A stretch of 64,000 nt of DNA from a virus (Duplodnaviria > Caudoviricetes), in IMG/VR virus record IMGVR_UViG_2848581113_000005, positions 18,406-82,405 of that record; one strand, given 5' to 3'. Positions 57,747 through 64,000 of the stretch are shown in pieces (within the stretch, counting starts at the first letter, position 1; every line of letters begins with the position of its first letter). Position numbers and translations under genes: made by a program. Under the pieces are notes generated by a model, which was not told the DNA's origin, did not search any database, and saw nothing but the letters and a program-made list of their open reading frames with translations.

Positions 57747-58598
57747 ATGATTCATGTTGTCAGTTTCTCTGGCGGCAGGACATCGGCTTATCTCGTTTAT
57801 CTGATGGAACAGCGCCGCAAACAGGGTGAGGATATTCGCTATGTATTTATGGATACGGGGGCGGAACATCCTAAAACCTACAGATTTGTTAGGGAGGTTG
57901 TGAAATTCTGGGATATCCCGTTGATAGTATTACAAGCTGATATTAATCCGCAGCTGGGTGCATCTAATGGCTATACCGTCTGGGAACCGAAAGATATTCA
58001 GACACGGATGCCTGTCTTAAAACCTTTTAAAGATATGGTAAAAAAGTACGGTACACCCTATATCGGAGGTGCATTCTGCACTGACCGCCTAAAATTGAGG
58101 CCATTCAGGGACTATTGCAATGATCATTTCGGGAAAGGAAATTACCAAACATGGATAGGTATTCGTGCAGATGAGCCACGGAGATTAACCCGCAAGGACG
58201 GAGTGAGTTATTTAGCCGATATTTCAGATTTCGATAAGCAAGATGTTTTGGATTGGTGGGAAGAACAACCGTTTAACCTGTCTATTCCGGAGCATCTTGG
58301 CAACTGCGTGTTCTGCATTAAAAAGAGCAGTAAGAAGCTAGGTCTGGCCTGCCAAGATGAGCCGGGAATGAAACTAGCATTTGAACATACATGCATATCT
58401 CCCTCTTATGTAAGAGACGGACACAGAAAGACCTCTCGCGAAATCATGTATCGCGGGAGCATGTCACTGAATGGAATTGCTACGATGTATTCAAATGCCG
58501 ATTATCAAAACCTGTATCAAGAAATGATTGCCGCTAAACGGTTTGATACCGGTTCCTGCTCTGAATCCTGCGAAATATTCCAGCTAGACCTATTTTAA
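57747..58598 (+). CDS. PAPS-reductase-like (PP-loop) phage protein
   Basis: VSFSGGRTS, DTGAEHP, CTDRLK, IGIRADE, GNCVFC, SCSESCE. Confidence 0.85.
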   Translation: MIHVVSFSGGRTSAYLVYLMEQRRKQGEDIRYVFMDTGAEHPKTYRFVREVVKFWDIPLIVLQADINPQLGASNGYTVWEPKDIQTRMPVLKPFKDMVKKYGTPYIGGAFCTDRLKLRPFRDYCNDHFGKGNYQTWIGIRADEPRRLTRKDGVSYLADISDFDKQDVLDWWEEQPFNLSIPEHLGNCVFCIKKSSKKLGLACQDEPGMKLAFEHTCISPSYVRDGHRKTSREIMYRGSMSLNGIATMYSNADYQNLYQEMIAAKRFDTGSCSESCEIFQLDLF

Positions 58599-58640
58599 CC
58601 CTACCCTAACACTACGCTGTTTAATCACCGGAGGCTCCAA

Positions 58641-58811
58641 ATGGCTAGGTGCGATAGCCCATATAAAGACCGAGTATTAACCGAAGAACAAAAAGAGGAT
58701 TGTTATTACTGTTCTCATTGTGATGTTGAGATGCTAAATGATGACAAAGCATTCATTGGAGCAGACCAAACAGCATATTGCTGTGAGCAGTGCTATATCG
58801 ACTCTCAATAA
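58641..58811 (+). CDS. 56-aa Cys-rich zinc-finger protein (not in the ORF track)
   Basis: GGAGG RBS; MARCDSP...CYYCSHC...YCCEQCYIDSQ. Confidence 0.6.
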   Translation: MARCDSPYKDRVLTEEQKEDCYYCSHCDVEMLNDDKAFIGADQTAYCCEQCYIDSQ

Positions 58812-58853
58812 CTAACCCTATCACTACGCTGCTCTGCGGCGGGAGGATTTATT

Positions 58854-59183
58854 TTGCACATCGAAACATCAAATGTAGTGAAAATACTAATCACTGACGA
58901 ACCTAAACACGATCCTATCCATGTTTATCTGGAAGATTACGGAAATAATCAGGGAAGAATAACTATCTCTGAATATGGCGAGTCGTGGACAGCGTTCTGG
59001 GGAGCGATGGGCGGCTCATTATCCGATTTCATTATTAGAGTTAATAACAGCTATCTCATTGGATATTTAGCACCTAAATTTGGTGCCCGCAGCATCAAAT
59101 ACAGACGGATGGACTCTCGTTTAAATGCCGTGAAAGCAGCATTAAGGAGATTACATGCACACCCCGTGGAATCCCGATCCTAG
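58854..59183 (+). CDS. Hypothetical phage protein
   Basis: DPIHVYLEDYG..GRITI..YGESWTAFWGAMG; GGAGG RBS with TTG start. Confidence 0.7.
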   Translation: MHIETSNVVKILITDEPKHDPIHVYLEDYGNNQGRITISEYGESWTAFWGAMGGSLSDFIIRVNNSYLIGYLAPKFGARSIKYRRMDSRLNAVKAALRRLHAHPVESRS

Positions 59184-59580
59184 AGCAATCCAACGCGTTA
59201 ACGACCCTTACCCCATCCCGACACACTGCCGTTATTGCAACCGACACGTCACGATAGCCCATCATCTGGATGTGTTTAAGCAAATCCATGATAACAGCCG
59301 CTGGCCTTGGCTCTATTACTGCTGGTCATGCGGTGCACGTGTCAGCATTCATCCGGGAACGGATATTCCCATGGGGTCATTGGCCGATAAACCAACACGG
59401 ATCGCCAGACTGTCCGCTCATCAATATTTCGATGACGTCAGAGTGCGATGGAATTTGGAACGCATGGAAGCGTACCAATGGTTAGCAAGCCAACTGGAAA
59501 TCAGCCTCAACGAATGCCACTTCGGTTGGTTTGATGTTGATATGTGTGAAAAAGCTAAATATGTGATGAGGTTTAAATGA
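59155..59580 (+). CDS. DUF3268-like zinc-finger protein
   Basis: CRYC, CWSCGARVSIHPGTDIPMGSLAD, CHFGWFD. Confidence 0.8.
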   Translation: MHTPWNPDPRAIQRVNDPYPIPTHCRYCNRHVTIAHHLDVFKQIHDNSRWPWLYYCWSCGARVSIHPGTDIPMGSLADKPTRIARLSAHQYFDDVRVRWNLERMEAYQWLASQLEISLNECHFGWFDVDMCEKAKYVMRFK

Positions 59581-59783
59581 GAAAATTAACAACAGCCAGT
59601 GAGTTATTGAAACGCGATTTTAATTCTCACTACGCGCGGTATAGAAAATATTGGAGAAATACTAGAAATAAACCCTATATGCAACGTTCATTTAAAATGA
59701 CTCAATCTCGGAGAGATAGGGTATTGAGACAAATAATTAAACGTGATTTGGCGGCGGGGAATGCGTATTTTGAGTGGAAGTAA
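59577..59783 (+). CDS. Small basic hypothetical protein
   Basis: ATGA-coupled ORF. Confidence 0.5.
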   Translation: MRKLTTASELLKRDFNSHYARYRKYWRNTRNKPYMQRSFKMTQSRRDRVLRQIIKRDLAAGNAYFEWK

Positions 59784-59786
59784 ATA

Positions 59787-60356
59787 ATGACTGATTTTAT
59801 ATCGCTGGCAGATGGCGGAGAATTAACCGCCGAGAACTGGAATGATTTTGTTAAACGCCTCGAATATCAACATAAAGGCGCTGGTGTTGATCGGCATTTC
59901 ACTGCATATCCCTCATTCACGGTGAGAGAGCGAGTGCGAGTCATTGGCAATGACGATGATGAGGTAGGAATATATTTTAATGGAGAGGAATATCATTGCA
60001 TAGATTCATTTCTGGAAACACTGGATGAAGAGCAAGAAAGGGAAATAGTAGATTACGCGCAAGATGCATATTTCTCTGATTGGGATGATTGCAGTGATAA
60101 AGAAAAAGCAGAGAGCATAATATATATACTGGAAGAGGAATACTCGTATATTTTCTACTGGAAATACGATTATAAAACTGTAAATACTCATTTAACCAGA
60201 GAGGCAGCAGAACGTTTCATTGCACGTAAAAAACATGACCACGGGCAATTATCTGTTTATGTCGAGTCATTTTATTGGTGCCGGGAAATGCGAGCATTAA
60301 TAGATGGAATATTGACAGGAAAAATAAAGTATATAGGTGATGATAATGAACAATGA
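59787..60356 (+). CDS. Ead/Ea22-associated hypothetical protein
   Basis: VNTHLTREAAERFIARKKHDH..LSVYVES. Confidence 0.65.
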   Translation: MTDFISLADGGELTAENWNDFVKRLEYQHKGAGVDRHFTAYPSFTVRERVRVIGNDDDEVGIYFNGEEYHCIDSFLETLDEEQEREIVDYAQDAYFSDWDDCSDKEKAESIIYILEEEYSYIFYWKYDYKTVNTHLTREAAERFIARKKHDHGQLSVYVESFYWCREMRALIDGILTGKIKYIGDDNEQ

Positions 60357-60765
60357 ATTTAAAAATAATACCCTCGATGATATTTCTAGCAGACTGAAAT
60401 CAGCATCGAAAGTATCAAAAAACTATAACATCAATGAAATAACAGTTGATTGCGATGAGTTAATCAAGCTTTGTGACGCTGCAAAGAAACTCTCTGAGTA
60501 TGAGTGTATTATCGGAGCGTATGAACAAGATAATGCAGATTGGCATAAATTGGTTGACAGGGATGGTTCAGCCATATGTAGATTAGTTGATATTGTTTTA
60601 AATTTACAATCGAAAATCGCTGAATATGAAAGTATGGAGCCTGTGGGATTTACTAATGGCATCGAATTGAAGTACGTTAAAAATGGGCAGCATGGATTTA
60701 TTCAAGTCGAAAATACAGAAAAAGATTTTTTGCCTATCCCTCTCTATCGCCACCCCAACAAATAA
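60346..60765 (+). CDS. Hypothetical phage protein
   Basis: EPVGF...PIPLYRHP C-terminus. Confidence 0.6.
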   Translation: MNNEFKNNTLDDISSRLKSASKVSKNYNINEITVDCDELIKLCDAAKKLSEYECIIGAYEQDNADWHKLVDRDGSAICRLVDIVLNLQSKIAEYESMEPVGFTNGIELKYVKNGQHGFIQVENTEKDFLPIPLYRHPNK

Positions 60766-60776
60766 CGAGAACCCTC

Positions 60777-60973
60777 ATGGATATTATCGACGCAGCAAAT
60801 GATTTAACAGAGCTGAATATATCCATGCTCTCCAGAACCGGAAACCACCACTAACCAGCATCAACAGTATGTGTAGATGGTGTGAAACAGAACCAGCAGC
60901 AGAAAACAGTGCATTCTGTAGTCGAGAGTGCGGGGAGGATTATGAGCGGGATCGGAGGAAAGATGGGAAATGA
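60777..60973 (+). pseudogene. TraR/DksA-like C4 zinc-finger gene with a 1-bp frameshift
   Basis: MDIIDAANDLTELNIS; adding one C at 60823-60824 continues HALQNRKPP...CRWCE...FCSRECGEDYE. Confidence 0.6.
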
Positions 60974-61184
60974 TGCAATGACCGACCGTGAAGTAGTTGA
61001 TGCCGCAATTAAACTAGCAGGTAAGTTTTATAGCATGATGGGGTTTCGCCATAGAGAAGGCTTTGAATATTGGAAGTCCCCTCATCCCCAAGAGCAATTA
61101 GTTTTTGAATACGCCGTTCAGGCATTTGAGGATTTAAGGGGTACTGATGTCTATAGTGCTATAGATAGCTTAGAAGCGGAGTAA
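60963..61184 (+). CDS. Hypothetical phage protein
   Basis: MTDREVVDAAIKLAGKFY..MG..; GGAGG RBS. Confidence 0.6.
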   Translation: MGNDAMTDREVVDAAIKLAGKFYSMMGFRHREGFEYWKSPHPQEQLVFEYAVQAFEDLRGTDVYSAIDSLEAE

Positions 61185-61396
61185 TTAATGATAACTAAAT
61201 CAATAAGTGAATTAATACCGAATAATGTAATTAATATACTAAATGGTTGGTATAGGGTCAGGTATTTACAATATAACGACCGTGTTACGGTAATTGATTT
61301 ACAGCATGAGAATGACCAATTATCACCTTTTTGTGACATGACCTGTATTCATATATCAATTAATAAAGACTTGGATATTCATTTTGAGGTGAAAAA

Positions 61397-61639
61397 ATGA
61401 AACAGGTTCAAGCAATGGTGACGCTGGTATTAATTGATGGCGTGACTTACCAAATAGCGCTACCGAAACATATTATTGCGATTCAAACCAAGCAAGCATT
61501 AGCTATAGCACAAGAGTTTGGAGGTACAATAGTGAAATGTGATTTTGCACGTATTAAGCCAATGGAAGTTGAGGGCTTGCCTTTTAATATCAGAAATAAG
61601 AGTGACGCGGAGTATGAAATACGACCTGATATTAGCTGA
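61397..61639 (+). CDS. Hypothetical protein
   Basis: GAGGTG RBS; in-line ORF. Confidence 0.55.
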   Translation: MKQVQAMVTLVLIDGVTYQIALPKHIIAIQTKQALAIAQEFGGTIVKCDFARIKPMEVEGLPFNIRNKSDAEYEIRPDIS

Positions 61640-62321
61640 TCCCCCTTGGCAATATAATAACGCTGCCAGCAACGGAGCAGCCAATAACCACTACACCACC
61701 ACCGATTTCTACGCTCTCACCCGTCTCTCCATCGAAAAAATAGCCGCTGATAACTCTGTCCTTGCCATGTGGTACACAGGGAATTTTGCAGCTGAAGCTA
61801 TGGAACTGGCTAAAGCATGGGGATTCAAGGTTAAGACCATGAAGCTATTCACATGGGTCAAGCTCAACAAGCTGGCAATGGATCGCATAGACAAGGCCAT
61901 TCAGGAAGAAAGGTTGCTTGATAGCTGGGATTTCTTAGAACTGCTTAATACTGAAACACGGATGAACGGCGGCAACTACACCCGCAGCAATACCGAGGAT
62001 GTATTAATCGCTATTAAAGGCAATGGACTGCCAAGACAGAACGCCAGTGTGAAACAAGTTATCTATTCATGCCTGGGTGAGCATAGCCAGAAGCCGAGAG
62101 AGGTTCATTATCGACTCGAACAACTGTACGGCGATGTCCCACGCATTGAATTATTCGCCCGTGAATCCGTGTATGGCTGGGATTTATACGGCAATGAATC
62201 ACCTGTAAACAATATTACATTTATTAACGAGGTTAGATATGAACACACCCAAAATAACCATCGAAATGACCAAACAGGAAATCAAAGAGTATTTAAACAC
62301 CGATCTCCCAATGTCAGATGA
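61614..62321 (+). CDS. MT-A70 family adenine methyltransferase
   Basis: YDLILADPPW, AWGF, FTWVK, YTRSNTE, HSQKP, RIELFAR. Confidence 0.9.
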   Translation: MKYDLILADPPWQYNNAASNGAANNHYTTTDFYALTRLSIEKIAADNSVLAMWYTGNFAAEAMELAKAWGFKVKTMKLFTWVKLNKLAMDRIDKAIQEERLLDSWDFLELLNTETRMNGGNYTRSNTEDVLIAIKGNGLPRQNASVKQVIYSCLGEHSQKPREVHYRLEQLYGDVPRIELFARESVYGWDLYGNESPVNNITFINEVRYEHTQNNHRNDQTGNQRVFKHRSPNVR

Positions 62322-62416
62322 AGATTGTATTGAAGTAATCCAAGGTGACATTGCGTTTATTTTGGAACGAGGCGGATTTCAGGGAATAAAAGAAGAAGAC
62401 GTTACTGTCAAAATTT

Positions 62417-62629
62417 ATGCCTAACACATTCGAGAACGGACGCCGACAGGTGGCAAGGGAGTGCCTGAAGGAACTGAATGCCCTACCCAAATATGATGAC
62501 CAAGCAGTCACCGCAATACTCGATAAATACACCCTCAAATTTAAACCACTCAATCACATGAGGTTCAGTGCTAAATCAGTACTGGGCCATTATGTGCGGA
62601 TGATTCAGAAGGAGATGAAAGATGGATAA
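62417..62629 (+). CDS. Hypothetical phage protein
   Basis: In-line ORF coupled to xis. Confidence 0.55.
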   Translation: MPNTFENGRRQVARECLKELNALPKYDDQAVTAILDKYTLKFKPLNHMRFSAKSVLGHYVRMIQKEMKDG

Positions 62630-62960
62630 TGAAGATGATATTTGGGATACAAAAGAAGCAGCAAAAAAATTAAAAACCACTCCAAGAACCATAGCTAATC
62701 TGATATCTACAGGAATTCTAGAGGGTAAACGGGTTGGCAAGGGATATAAAACAACTAAATCTGCGGTTCTTGCATATATTAAAAGCCCGATGCAAACTCA
62801 TGGAGCGAGCAAGGGTGATCGTAATGGAGAAAAATCATGTCAATCACCCAAAGAAACGGAGTATGGCACTGTCATTTCTTTACACCGTCAGGAAAGAGAA
62901 TTAGGAAATCTCTTGGCACGAGGGATAAAAAGCAGGCGCAGGAGCTTCATGACAAATTAA
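62622..62960 (+). CDS. Excisionase-like HTH protein overlapping int
   Basis: [31 protein letters not shown]. Confidence 0.75.
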   Translation: MDNEDDIWDTKEAAKKLKTTPRTIANLISTGILEGKRVGKGYKTTKSAVLAYIKSPMQTHGASKGDRNGEKSCQSPKETEYGTVISLHRQERELGNLLARGIKSRRRSFMTN

Positions 62961-64000
62961 AGGCCGAAGCTTGGCGAGTAGACCGGCTAGATGATCTGCC
63001 AACTCGTACATTTGAAGAATGCTGCATTCGTTGGCTCAGAGAAAAAGAGCATAAACGATCACTGGATGATGATAAAACGAAAATTGAATTTTTCTTGCGG
63101 CATTTTTCAGGTCGGGATGTTTCAACAATAACAGCAGATGAAATTTACGATGCTGTATCAAAAATGAAAAATCGTAAACATTATCAAGTCTGGGAAAGTA
63201 AAAGAGATGCCGCTCTAAGAAAAGGGGAAAAGCCTCCTATATATGAGGCTATTCCAGTTAGCCAAGCAACAAAAAGCCAGCACTTATCATTCATTAGATC
63301 GCTGTTAAGGGCAGCGGTCAATGAATGGAGCTGGATTAAGTCAGCTCCTGTTATAAAAACCAAAAAACCAGCAAGTAAGCGTATAAGATGGCTAACAAAA
63401 GATGAAGCAGCGAGACTCATCGAATGTATGCCTGAAAGTATAAAGCCCGTCGTCATCTTTGCATTAGCAACAGGGCTTAGACGTTCCAATATCATAGATA
63501 TGGAATGGCAACAGGTCGATGTACAAAGAAAAGTAGCATGGATAAACCCAGAAAATGCAAAGGCTGGAAAAGCTATAGGTATAGCTCTGAACGATACTGC
63601 TTGTCGAGTATTAAGAAATCAGATAGGAAAGCACGCACGGTGGGTATTTGTCCATACCAAGGCTAAGCATCGACCAGATGGAACATTGACCCCGGCAGTG
63701 AGAAAGATGAGGGTTGATGATAATAGCGCATGGAATACTGGTCTAAAAAAAGCAGGAATCGAAGATTTCCGTTTTCACGACCTCCGGCACACATGGGCAA
63801 GCTGGCTCATACAATCGGGAGTTCCGCTTTCCGCACTACAAGAAATGGGCGGTTGGGAATCAATTGAGATGGTAAGGCGATATGCACATTTAGCGCCTAA
63901 TCATTTAAGCGAACACGCCTGTAAAATTGATGAGCTTTTTAGAGATAACGACACAAATACGACACAAGGGAAAAATCAAGCAGGTCTTAGAATAGCATAA
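62837..64000 (+). CDS. intD: Tyrosine integrase, DLP12 IntD / P22 Int family
   Basis: [35 protein letters not shown]; 387 aa and close throughout to the argU-targeting IntD as recalled. Confidence 0.95.
   Translation: MSITQRNGVWHCHFFTPSGKRIRKSLGTRDKKQAQELHDKLKAEAWRVDRLDDLPTRTFEECCIRWLREKEHKRSLDDDKTKIEFFLRHFSGRDVSTITADEIYDAVSKMKNRKHYQVWESKRDAALRKGEKPPIYEAIPVSQATKSQHLSFIRSLLRAAVNEWSWIKSAPVIKTKKPASKRIRWLTKDEAARLIECMPESIKPVVIFALATGLRRSNIIDMEWQQVDVQRKVAWINPENAKAGKAIGIALNDTACRVLRNQIGKHARWVFVHTKAKHRPDGTLTPAVRKMRVDDNSAWNTGLKKAGIEDFRFHDLRHTWASWLIQSGVPLSALQEMGGWESIEMVRRYAHLAPNHLSEHACKIDELFRDNDTNTTQGKNQAGLRIA
63948..63966 (+). repeat. Integrase arm-type direct repeat ACGACACA x2
   Basis: Same motif as 12307-12379. 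Confidence 0.75.

Larger units (their letters stand above)
12201..64000. mobile_element. Prophage B, ~52 kb lambdoid siphovirus integrated at tRNA-Arg(UCU)
   Basis: Full tail, head, lysis, nin, replication, immunity, recombination and xis/int set; att core at the left end; matching arm-type repeats at both ends. Confidence 0.95.

Overview
The window is almost entirely phage DNA: two lambdoid prophages in tandem at a tRNA-Arg(UCU) 3' end, probably in an enterobacterial (Xenorhabdus/Photorhabdus-like) chromosome; the host assignment is inference. Prophage A (1 to ~12200) continues off the left edge. It carries a cos-like site, HNH, a SIR2-domain moron, a lysis cassette, a Tad2/DUF2829 fusion, a DNA methylase, Q, a primase-helicase, rep, cro/cI and an AlpA-like xis. 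Prophage B (~12201 to beyond 64000) is a nearly complete siphovirus. It has tail, a P22-like mnt/arc/antirepressor immI region, morons, head and terminase, lysis, Q/nin, replication, cII/cro/cI, RecT/exonuclease, a PAPS-reductase-like gene, an MT-A70 methylase, xis and a DLP12 IntD-like integrase. There are three main non-coding signals. (1) A Cas-less type I-E-like mini-CRISPR array (four repeats, 61-62 bp period) lies in the cI leader of prophage A, between the putative PRM and the cI start. (2) A conserved, covarying ~110-125 nt RNA follows boxA at both nut sites of prophage B, in place of a boxB hairpin. (3) Three homologous double-pseudoknot leaders precede three unrelated accessory genes. 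Three single-base deletions in short homopolymers suggest assembly errors or early prophage decay. All calls come from reading the sequence; no database searches were run.
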